Shown: positions 1 to 11,070 of the stretch, piece by piece | Layout: the number at the start of each line of letters is the position of its first letter | How positions within the stretch are numbered: the first letter of the stretch is position 1 | Origin: the human T2T-CHM13v2.0 reference genome, Homo sapiens | Length of the DNA stretch: 64,000 bases | Assembly (NCBI GenBank): GCA_009914755.4 | Contig: CP086569.2 | Span: forward strand, 6,432,001-6,496,000 | Direction of reading: 5' to 3' | Position numbers and translations under genes: made by a program | The notes under the pieces: model-generated | Told to the model about the DNA's origin: nothing | The model's database searches: none | What the model saw: only the letters and a program-made list of their open reading frames with translations

Positions 1-96
1 ATCATTATACATCCTATGCAATCAAGAAATCCACTTTCAGCACATGACCAGTAAGTACTCTTAAGGGAGGAGACAAGCCCTCATATTGTCTTATGC

Positions 97-517
97 CCAA
101 TTTCTGGCTCCAAAGAAAGAAGAAGTAAAAACTAAAAGGCAGAAATGAAATCCAAGGGCAGACAGCCTGGCACTGCACCCTGGGCCTGGTATTTAAAGAT
201 TGACCCCTGACCTAACTGGTTATGTTATCTATAGATTCCAGACATTGTATGGAAAAGCACTGTGAAAATCCCTGTCCTGTTCTGTTCTGATATGATTACC
301 AGTGCATGCAGCCCCCAGGCTCGTACCCCCTCTTGCTCAATCAATCACGATCCTCTCACATGGACGCTCTTAGAGTTGTGAGCCCTTAAAAGGGACAGGA
401 ATTGCTCACTTGGGGAGCTTGGCTCTTGAGACAGGAGTCTTGCCAATACTCCTAGCTGAATAAACCTCTTCCTTCTTTAACTCGGTGTCTGAGGAGTTTT
501 GTCTGCAGCTTGTCCTG
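97..517 (+). mobile_element. Retroviral LTR (ERV class I-like), solo or 3' LTR; a polypurine tract (ttaagggaggagacaag) lies immediately upstream at 70-95
   Basis: LTR-like organisation: it begins with TG and ends with gtcctgctac(t), a degenerate LTR terminus. An AATAAA signal (tgaataaacctcttcc) is followed by a U5-like ctcggtgtctgaggagttttgtctgc. The purine tract sits just 5' of the LTR start and no primer-binding site follows. The family is not identified. Confidence 0.4.
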
Positions 518-886
518 CTACTCTCTAGCACTATCCATGCAAAATAGTAAAGATAGTGTGAAGCAATGCAGGCATGTATGTGAAATTTGGCTTTACACTA
601 AATCCAACTTCATGCTTAACTATATTAAAAAAAGAATTGCCAAACTGCTGATGCATTTTTACAATACTTCTTATTTTACTTTAATCAAGACTAAGAGCTT
701 TAAGTATGAAAATGTTAATTAGTGAAATGTCTCCAATTCTTTATCTTGTGTTAAAGAACATTTTATTATTTAAACTGTTTCCACATCTTTCTCCCCTGCT
801 TAATGATTTATTACTACATTGTTTTTATAAATAACCTTTTCATATCTGTAATTTGAACTTTTAGATAACCTCTGAATTAGACAAAA

Positions 887-889
<3 letters not shown>

Positions 890-916
<27 letters not shown>
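890..916. repeat. Poly(T) mononucleotide tract (~27 T)
   Basis: Uninterrupted T run seen directly in the sequence. Confidence 0.95.
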
Positions 917-917
<1 letters not shown>

Positions 918-2767
918 CTAATAACATAACCCTTTCTGGCACAGTTTGTACACAGAATTACATATTAGTTAGAATTTTATACCTAGTAACATAAAAGTTT
1001 AGTGAAACCTTAAAAAGTAAGAAATCCTGAACTATCAGACCTGACATTTATAGATAAGAACAATTCCACACAATGTTAGAAACATGTTCCAGATCACAAC
1101 CGTTTCTTAATTGGAAATGACCCAGATACTAAATGAGCGTCAGAAATAACTTTAAGATTTTAATTTACACAAAAGGTTTACCTAAAACATTTTTCTAATT
1201 CACTGTAATTTTTACTTTTATCAAGGGAGACATGAAACATCAATTAACAAGTGTAAAATGAACATTGGTTTGGTCTGGAAAGGTGGGACAACTCAAGACA
1301 GGGAGGGGACTTGGGGTCTTTTAGATCATAGGCAGGAGAAAAGCGAATGTATTCTTTTGAGTTTCTGGTTGCCTTTCCAAAGGAAACAATCAGATATGCA
1401 TTTATCTCAGTGGGACTTTGAATAGAATGGGAGACAGATTCACCCCTAGCATCTCCCATCTTGAATTAACACTGACATTTAAAAATATCTAGCAAAGACA
1501 AACATAAAATTCAGACAAAATGTATGCTATTTGAAAGACATTTCTATTTTCACTCCACCAATAATTTTAAAGGTAGCTTGTTCAGTAAAATTATACTCAG
1601 GTCAAGTAAACTTGAAAACTGCTTAGACTTATTTACTTAATTTATGAGCGCTCTTTTACTTATAAAGGGGTCCAATAGCTTGGAACCTTCACCATGAGAT
1701 AGCAATATAACCTTGCCAGTTTTACTTTGCTCCAAGAGGTAATCCAAGGAAGGTTCTGAATGAAAATTTTGGGTAAAGGAGTCTCCATAGCAGTTTGATT
1801 TTTAAAGGCTAAACCTCCCCAGACTCCAAGGAGCACTGGGGCCAAAGAGTACCGAGTGTCCTCCTGTGGGGCCCAATCTTAGAGTATCAGATATCTCTGA
1901 CCTTAGGTTGGCAGCAGTGCCACTTTGCCTGCTTTCCCTCCAGAGCCTATTGTGCGCTTTCCTTTGGTACCTAGTTGTAATCCCCAACTTTTAGGATTTT
2001 TATAAATTGATAAGGCCACACTTTCCCATGCTTCCCATTCCATGAACTTTAATGATAGGATCTGGAGATTGCATGGGTTTCCTTTGCTCTTTCTCAGTTG
2101 AATAGGCAAAGGTAAGAATTTAGCATAAGAAAAGAAGATTTAAGTCATCAAAAACATCTGAGAGTTTGCTCCAAGCTACGTGGCATGTGGACGTCAGGGA
2201 CCATGCATGGAGAAGATTCTTAAAAAGTCCTTCCCACTTTGAGGAAGGACTATTTCCCTTTGTTCCTAGGCCTTCAGGCAGTAGCAGGGAGTGACCCCAG
2301 CCAATTGCCCTCACTCTTCAAGGAGCTACTAGGAAAGAGCCACTGAAAGACTGAAAAGGAAAGAGGGGGAAAACAAACAAACAAAAAAGACCCTGGTCCC
2401 TTAAGGAAATCAGCAGTGACAGTCAGGCTTCTCCACATGGAAACCCCTTAGTTTCACTATGTAAAAAGTAAGTAGAGGTTCCTCATGGGTGAAAAATTAA
2501 GACCCACCCAGTGTTACAAATAAATCCAGACTCTCAGCAATGCAAAGAAAAAAAAAAGAAAGAAAGAAACTGGCCAGCAACCTAGCTTAAAGGATCCTCA
2601 CATACTGCGGCAATAACTCTGTGCACAAAGTGAGAAAAAAGAAGCCGCAGGATTAGTCCCAACCACCAAGGAAAAAAAAAAGCTGTGGGACAGTAAAGCA
2701 TTCCTTGGTTAGGAGAGAAAAACTTCAGGTAATGTATTCCTTAGTCAGGTTGTCCTGGAGGTTAAAA

Positions 2768-2936
2768 AGAAGTGAGAAAATCCCCATAGAGCGAGGGCTG
2801 AACCTCAGAAAGAGATGAGAAATCCCTATGGGTGGTGTGGAACCTCAAAAAGTGGTGAAAAATCCCCCTGGTGGGAGGGTTGAACCTCAGAAAGAGGTGA
2901 GAAATCCCCATGGCAGGGGTTGAACCTCAAACAAAC
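2768..2936. repeat. Minisatellite, ~41-bp unit x4 (g-a/g-g-t-gagaaatcccc-N-ggg-N-gaacctcagaaa)
   Basis: Four consecutive degenerate copies are visible, for example gaggtgagaaatccccatggcaggggttgaacctcaaacaaa, with a partial copy upstream. Confidence 0.8.
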
Positions 2937-2989
2937 CTCCAGTAGCAAGAAAAATATTCAGAACCCCCCCTTTCCTTTCTTCTCAGGGG

Positions 2990-3620
2990 AAGAAAGAATA
3001 GCTCCACTCCTGCTGGTCTCTCTCCTAGTGGAAGGCGAAGGAGAGGGAAAAACAGCAGCATAGGTGGCTGGCAGAGACAAAAGAAAGATCAGCAGAAAAG
3101 AAAAAGAAAAACAAAACAAAACAAAAACTAGGAGAGGAAGTCAGAGGAACAAAAAGCAACAACAGCAAGCACAGAGCCAAACAACAGCCAGGCAGACAAT
3201 CCAAGGGTCTGTGTAAAAAAGAGGGTGAGGACCAGCACTGGGAGGAGAGCAGAGGAGGTGAAGGCATAATTCTTGCAATTTGCGGCAGGCATCTGCCAAG
3301 CCTCTGGGTCGGTGACTGCCTGGGGCCCAGACAGCAGCCATGCATATCCCACCCACCCAGCCAGAGAAACTAAGTGTAAAAACAAACGAAGAAAAGTAAA
3401 AAGGGAAATAGGGGGGAAAAAACCCAACAACAACAGGAGAAACAGACGGCCCTGCTCACAGCAGGAGCGGGAGAACTCTGGAAAGGAAAGGGAAACAGGA
3501 TGATAGAGAGAAAGATAGGAAGATAGAGTGCAAATGAGAGAGAGAGAAATAGAGGGAAAGAGTAAGAGAAAAACTGGAAGAGACATAAATCAAAGGAAGA
3601 CACAGAGGGTGAAACAAGAA
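2990..3620. repeat. GA-rich purine / polypyrimidine low-complexity tract (~600 bp)
   Basis: The plus strand is almost all A/G (gaaggcgaaggagagggaaaaacagcag...agagagagaaatagagggaaagag). Minus-strand ORFs here (3025-3603) are compositional artefacts. Confidence 0.85.
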
Positions 3621-6600
3621 AAAAGTGTAAAAGGAAGGCAGAAAGTTAAAACATCTTAACGATTGTCTGTAAAAGTCATAAGAAAAACTATAAAAGGGAA
3701 TTTATGCAAAAAATGTATAATTTAAAAGTAATTAGTCCTCCTGAATGTAAAAGTGTTTTAAAAAAACAGTTTATGTACAAGGTATGTAAGAAAAATATAA
3801 TGTACTTTTAATAACAGGATTGTAAGGAGGCATAAGAATATGGATTTTTACCTACATTAAAGGCTAAACATTTTTTTTGTTTGTTTTAAAGGTTTAAGCA
3901 AGTTTTAAAATGTTAATTGTAAAGAAAATTCTGTGTGTAAACATCCTGGCTAAAGTTAAAGGGGTATCATCCAGTTTATCTGTGAACTGCACATTAAAAT
4001 AAAAGCTCAATAAATTTTTCTTAAAGCACTAACCTGCTCTTTAACAAACATTGTAAGAAGTTAAAAAGAGTCTATAAAATTCTTACCTTATAGTCAGACA
4101 TTAAAATTGAATAAACAATGCCTATAAAATTTTATTAAAATTAAGTTTAACATTAATAGCACATTAATATAAAGGTAAAATTTAACTTATCTGGTATAAA
4201 GTCATACAAAAACATTGTCAAATATAAAATGGTGTTTAGTTTTCTTAGGCCTAAAGGTGGCCAGGTAAGTCACAAGGTCCCTCATCCCCAAGGCTATAGC
4301 ACGTAGGGGTGGTAAAGGCCACAGGAAAGCCAAACATTAAGAAGGGGCAGGGTCGCAGTGTCCCCTGGGTGGTGCTAAGTAGGAATAGCGCAACGGGCAT
4401 CACCATGATGCCTCAAGCCCCAGGATATGCATCAGAAATTATATATTAATTTATCTTCCACTTTCCCTTCCCTCAGAACTAAAAGTTCAGAACAAAAAGT
4501 GGCACAGGTACCACCCCTAGAATTTCCAGTACACCAGCACCAGCCTAAAAACCATGTTCTCATCAAAAGATAGAAAGAAAAAAAATGCAAGCTATCCTGG
4601 GAAGAACCCTATTTTATGCTGTTAACCACTAAGACTGCCATCCTCACAGATGAGTAAAAAATGGACCCACCATACAAAAGTCAAAAAAAACTTGCCTCAC
4701 AAAATCATGGGTTACTGTACTAAAATCAAGCCCTACTAAGTTAAAGTTAAAAAAAAAGTTTAATTTTCTTGTATCTTCTATATTGCTTCCTTTCCTTTCA
4801 TTATTGTCTTACAAGCTCCTTGGTTATTAATGTAACTAAGTCTGACTCACCTCAGATCATTGCCTTTAATCTTTGCTCTGTCATACCTTGTGGAAATGTA
4901 AAAGATCAACAACAGCTAGGCTTTTCACACAAATACTTATGTTCCAGCCCTCTAATTGACACAGTTACCCCAAGCACTTGTTGTAATGACCTGCAGCCAA
5001 GATGCTGATTTCCTGCTCCTACAGCCTGGCAACCTTGTAGTGAATGGGACCACATCCCATAAACTACCGAGAAGCAAAGTTAGACTTCCATGAAAAAGGT
5101 TTGTGCAGATCTAAAACCCCTCATCTATTTCACTAAAAGGACTACCCCTTCTAACTGTCGACCTTATCAATGTAACCCTGTCCTTCTCTCTATCACCACC
5201 TCCACCTTAACTAACTCTAGACCTCCCCTTAGTCAATTCTGTTGTATGGGAATTAACATAAATGGAAAAGACCCCCTAGATATTTTTTAAATACCCATTT
5301 TTCTCCCATCTTCCCCTTCTTCAGTAGCCTCAGTTCTAAGTTCCACACCGGTTACTCCTACATCTAATAAAACTAGGATGTTTATTGTAAAAATAAAAAA
5401 TCAAGACAGACCTTAACCATCAAGACAAAATATCAGGATGCAAATGCCTGGCTGAAATGGATTAAATATTCCATTCTCACTTTAAATAAAAGCAATTATT
5501 GTGCTTGTATACACGGTAGGCCAGAGGCCCAGATTGTCCCCTTTCCACTCAGATGGTCTTCTCATCAACCAAATATGGACTGTACGGTGGCTCTTTTTCA
5601 AAATCCCACTGCTTGAAATAATCCGTCATACTGAGCTCTCTCTGCTGTTTCCTGAAATTCAACACCCTATGGGTCAGTCCCTGAGGGCAATCCAGCTTCC
5701 ACCTCTAAATGCCAATTTTGCTTTGTGCCTCACATGGGAGGAGGAAAATTTGGTATTCCTTGAAAGCATAAAAGAATACAAGAAGCACAAGCCCTTCCAA
5801 GAGCTTGCCCATCAGTCCATGCTTAGCCATCCCCAAGCAAATGTATAGTGGTACTGTAAAGGACCTTTACTAAACACTCTGACAAATAATTGAAGCAGTA
5901 CCTATGCTCTAAACGAATTGGCTATCCCCTTCACCCTGGCATTTCATCAGTCTAAAAAGGTAAAAACAAAACACCGCAGGCCAAAACAACTCTGAAGTCT
6001 TTTAATCCTCAGATTTATATAAATGTTATTAAGGTCCTATAAGAAGTGCCAAATAAGTTTAAAACACAAAATCAAATAGCTGTGAAATTTGAATCCATGT
6101 TGTTCTGGCAGGTAACTATAAATTAAAAAAAATTAACTTCAATTCTCACCTTGTTCACTCTTATTATTGGTGTACTTAGTCTTATAAATTGTTATATTAT
6201 TCCCTGACTTCAAAGTTTTATACAAAAACTTGTCTCTGCCACGCTTACAGAGTTAACTCCTAACTCTTCTCCACAGTATTAAAAAAAATTACTTCTCTTA
6301 AAAGAACAAAGAAAACAATTGTCAAAACATATTAAACAAGTTTAAAGGGAAATCATAAAATAATAAGAGGGGGAATATTGTAAAAAGTAAAGTAGAGTTT
6401 CCTCTTCAAAGACTTTCCTCCCCATCTAATTAGGAATAAATAGTAACTTCTCTTAGAAGCAAAATCTATTCAAAGACCTGTGCTCCTAAATATTTTCTCT
6501 GGCATGCTTATACTGGTCCAAGCAAGCATTAAGTCGTAGCCTGTTCCTCTTCCTTATTTAAATGCATTTTACCTTTCTCAGCATTCCACAAGTTACTTTC

Positions 6601-9600
6601 TCCTTCCTTTGTTCTCCTCTACCTTTGCCTCTTTTAAAAAGTTCTAAGTTGCTAGCCAATCAAAACAAATACAAAATTTGACATCCCATTCCAGCCAATG
6701 GAAACCCAACACAGCAGTGAGGTGGACACATCAGGTTATAAATGATTGTCTCCTTTGTTCAGTGTACTCTCATTTCAAAACTACCGGCGAGTGTACTCTT
6801 TCTGCAGGAAGTAAAAATGGCCTTTCTAAATAAATTAAATTTATGTTCAAGTGCTATTTCTTTACAGCACTGGGGAAACAAGCATTTCAAACAACTGGCA
6901 TGGCCAGAAACCTGCAGTTGCTTCCATGTTTAGGTGCTGCCAACCAAGGGTCATATCTTGGAAAGGAAAACAGAGAGGGAGACATTCCCCAGTATGGAGC
7001 AGAAAGGAAAAGGAGAAAGGAAAAGACTAAACCCCAAACTTTGGGCTTACCTTTTCCTCCTGGCTGGCTCACCAAAATATGTTAACAGTGGAATCTGTCC
7101 AGGTTCTTGGTATCTTGAAGAAAGAATTAGACAAGATGCACAAAAAAAGCAAGGAAGGAATGAAGGGATTTATTGAAAATGGAAGTATACTCCACAGTGT
7201 GGGAGTAGGCCTGAGCATAGAGGATCAAGGAGCTTGTTACAGAGTTTTTGTGAGTTTATAACACCCTTTACTTGGTGTATACCCTTTACTTGGTGTACAC
7301 CCTATGTAGATGGAGAGGATGAAGTAAAGTTACAAAGTCATTTACTCGGCATACACCCTATGGAGAGGATATTTCCTGTCATAGCTGAAGTGTGAATCGA
7401 CCTTATTATGTTCCCTGCCTCCAGATCCTATTTCCCTGCCTCAATTTCATTTGTTGATTACTGGACTTGCTTCCTCTTTGGCTATTGTGTGAATAATGCT
7501 GCTATGACATGAATGAACAAGTCCTGCACCCTGGTGTGGTGATATGAATGGGGATAAGTAGAGGGTATTCTCAAAAGAGTAGAAAGGGAGGGAGCTTCCA
7601 AGAAAGAACTTGTTTAAAACTTAGCAAAAGTTCTTAAAAATTTTAAAATATTTTGCATATTTAGTTAGAATTTGGGTGAAGAAAATTTTACCAGCAATTT
7701 TCTCCTATAAAGTCTCTTTTATTTTATTTTGGCTGCCAGCACCCTGCATAAATTTCTTAATGTGTCGTCAGTATAAAGGAGCCACTGTAGCCTGGAAAGG
7801 ATATAGCTAGTCATTTTTTACCTCACTTAGAGTGGCACTTTTATTGTTATCTCCAGTAGGTGACTGGTTGCAGTGAAGAAAGGCAGCCACATCTTTCTGT
7901 CATCTTGTTTGTTTCCCTACAGTGTGCTTTATTTAAGGATCTGATTTCAGGACTGTAGTCCTCTTGTCTATGGAGCAGATAGCTCTTCCTCCTCCTTCAG
8001 TTGACATATGGACTACCTTCTGTATTTAGACTAATTGAAAGGTCCTGAGAGTATAAAGATGACTGAGGCAGAGCCCCTGCCCTCTACAGTCCATAGTTTA
8101 GGTGGGAAACAGAAAAGATATAAAAACACGTGCCCAGTGTAAGCAGAAAAAGGGGCAGTCCACGTAAGCCGGATAGACGTGTGTGGCTAGACGATCAGAG
8201 AAGGCCTCAGAAAAGAAGTGCCTTTGCAACGTGTCTGGAAAGATGGCAGGCTTTCCTGTGACAGAAGAGGACTGAGTTAGCGTGGCAAAGGCACAGGGGA
8301 GCCAATCAGGCATCTTTGGGGACTTCACAGAAGTTCAGTTTGTAGGGGATGTTTTTGAGGAAAAGGACAGAAAATAGAGATGAAGCTGATGAGTGAGTTT
8401 CGGGACTCCTATATCAGGCTAAGGAGATTGGACTTTGTGCTTTCAAAGAGATTTCTGCTGAAAGCATTGCTGCCCAGTTAGGAAGATCACTTTAGAGAAG
8501 GCACTGAGGATGGGTTTTGGTGGGATGTGACAAGAAGCCCATGAGAATCTGTTTGAAGCAAAGGGACAGATACAGGGGGTGTCACCAGTCATTATGATAT
8601 TCAGGAGCAGGAACCTCCAGTTCTTCATGACCTACTGAATGTTTCAGGAGGGAGAAGAGTGAGATTCTGTGAGGATGAGTCCCAGGTTGCACTCCCAGGC
8701 TGGCTCTGCGTTTAGATCCAGATGATGCGGCTCCCCGTGACGGGAAGACAGGAGAAGCAGGAGTATGCTGTGTTGTGTTTGGTTTTGTTTTGCTTTTGAT
8801 GGGGAAAGGTGGTATGGAGAATGAGGGCTGCTTTTGATGGATGGCTGGGAATGACCTTGGCTCCATTCAGGTGGAGGTGCATCCAGGAGGCAGGCGGGAA
8901 TGAAAGATTGGAGCCAGGGAGACAGGCTGGAGCTGAAAGTAGGCACAGGCTCTTGGAGATCTGGACAGGGAAGAAGTAGGAGTGGACATGAGGGAAGCTA
9001 TGGTGGGAAGAGACAAGGATGCATGGTCTATTCTGGAAGTTGAAAGAGGAAGAGAGGCAACCAGGCCAGGGTGATAGAGTTTGTATCATCCCACGTGGAA
9101 TGAGTCAATGCAAAGAAGGTTTTAAACAGCTATTCAGCAATTAGAGTGACAGCTGTGAGCTCACTTGGCTCATCTCCTCCAACACTTAAAGTGAAATCCT
9201 TGTTGGTGAAAAAATTGTTTTATATGATCTTCCTCTTTACAATGCACTATTCCATATTTGTAGAGTTTTCTTCTCAACTCAACTATGTATATATAAACAG
9301 AAAATGTTCCACAGTTTTAAAAGTGTACAGACTCTTCCATAATGTGCATCCTGGTAATTAATTAGTTTTCACGTTGATGAGTGATTTCACTGCATGACTG
9401 TTGGTCAACCTAAGGATTTTACTTTAAAGTCATTTATGTTTTCACTTTTTAAATTTTAAAGCTTACTGATATTGAGGATCCAAGAGAATGGTGGAGGGAG
9501 AGCAAGAGCACAGGTTGAAGGAATATTTAACTGTAGCCCAGGAGGCTCTCAATGCCAAGAAAGAAATCTACCAGATTAAGCAGCTGCGGTTCTAGCTGGC

Positions 9601-10773
9601 CTAGAAGGAATACCAGCAGCTGCACAAAATGTGTGAGGATGACAGCCAGTCATATGTCAGCTGTGAGTTGATGTGTCTCCTTTGGTTAACATGAATGACT
9701 TTGAAAGCTGTCTGTCTGCTAGGTTATCTGCAAACACTGACCCTTTCTCAGGCAAGATGGCTTCCAAATGTTCTGATCTCATACGGGGTAATCAATATTT
9801 GGCACTGGAATCAGATCAGCATCCTGTAGCCCCTCCTGTGGCAAAGATTTTTTCAAGTTGTTACTTTGTGCCCAGGCACTTGGATATGGTGGTAACTAAG
9901 ACAGTAAATGTCCCTGCCCTTACGAAGCTCATGCTTAAGTAGGGAAAACAGAAAATGAACAAACAAATGCAATTTCTGGTACTGTGTGAAACAACCTTAT
10001 GCCTCATGTTTGTCAGTGTTGAAGAGGGCTGTTCTGGGAGAAGCCAAAGCATTTTGCTTTGAACACAGTCAGTCACATGTGAGCCAATTCCTTCCCAGCA
10101 GAGCTGTTGCCCTCTACAGTCTCCCCACAGTTATCCATGGACACAACTGACGTAGGCATCCATGAACTTGGAGAACATGGATGAAGTTGGTACCACTAGA
10201 TTGTATTTTATAAAACCCTAAGTCTATTTAAGACATGTGAGTCTTTCCTGTGATACCACTTATTTTGCCACGTTTTCGGTTTCAGTAAAAAAGATTTAAA
10301 CATTAAGGACATAGTCATAGCTTTATGCTGTGTTGCTAATCACATTGGAATTAAGATCAAAAGGCAATATTCTTTGGTTTTTGTTTGTTTGGATTTAAAC
10401 TGCAGTTATTGGTGAAGGCAAATAAGCCATACATGCTGTGGAGAATAATGGGATATTCCCCCTTAATACAAATTTAAGATGTCTCTGTAGTCATGAGCCT
10501 TAAGAGAATAGAGAGCACTGAAGCATACTGGCATGTCTTATTTTTTTTTTCTCTTACAGGTAAATAACAGTTTTTTAAGCCCTTATTCAGAATGATCATC
10601 TCAGTACAAATTTTTAGAGATTAGTTTCTCATTTCTATAGCTTTCTTTTCTTGCAATAGCTATCTAACTTTCTTATCAGAGTTATGCTGGACTTAAATAA
10701 TGAATTGTCAAGTATTCCCTTTTCTTTTCATTTCTGAAGACTTTGTGTAAGATTACCATTAATGCTTCCTGGG

Positions 10774-11070
10774 TTTTTTGTTTTTTGTTTTTGAGAAGGA
10801 GTCTCACTTTGTCACCAGGCTAGAGTGCAGTGGCTAGATCTTGGATCGCTGCAACCTCTGACTTCCTGGTTCAAGCAATTCTCCTGCCTCTGCCTCCCAA
10901 GTAGCTGGGACTAGAGGCACATGCTACAACGCCCAGCTGATTTTTCTATTTTTAGTAGAGACAGCATTTCACAATATTGACCAGAATGGCCTCCATCTCC
11001 TGACCTCGCGATCCACCCTCTTCAGCCTCCAAAAGTGCTGGGATTACAGGCGTGAGCTACCACACCCAGC
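10774..11070 (-). mobile_element. Alu SINE (full length, minus orientation)
   Basis: Poly-T leader, then gagtctcactttgtcaccaggctagagtgcagtgg ... gcctccaaaagtgctgggattacaggcgtgagctaccacacccagc, the antisense of the Alu consensus. Confidence 0.95.

Noticed and set aside
2768-2936. Possible CRISPR-like array (regular ~41-bp repeats)
   Set aside because: The units are directly tandem with no intervening unique spacers, and the context is primate repeat-rich DNA. It is a minisatellite, not a CRISPR array.
3025-3603. Several overlapping 70-150-aa ORFs on both strands
   Set aside because: They lie entirely within the purine / polypyrimidine low-complexity tract. The translations are homopolymeric-like (poly-L/F/S or K/E/R) and are compositional artefacts.
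4180-4270. Canonical donor CAG|GTAAGT preceded by an acceptor-like tract (16-nt micro-exon), and a CpG-retaining segment at 4300-4440
   Set aside because: The segment is too short to be an exon. A retroviral leader splice donor was considered, but no primer-binding site or LTR is adjacent. It is left unassigned.
5501-5848. 115-aa plus-strand ORF, with an env TM-like translation on the opposite strand
   Set aside because: There is no recognisable protein similarity on the plus strand. The minus-strand resemblance to a retroviral TM anchor (…LLVFFYAFKEYQIFLLPCE…) is too weak and short to support a call.
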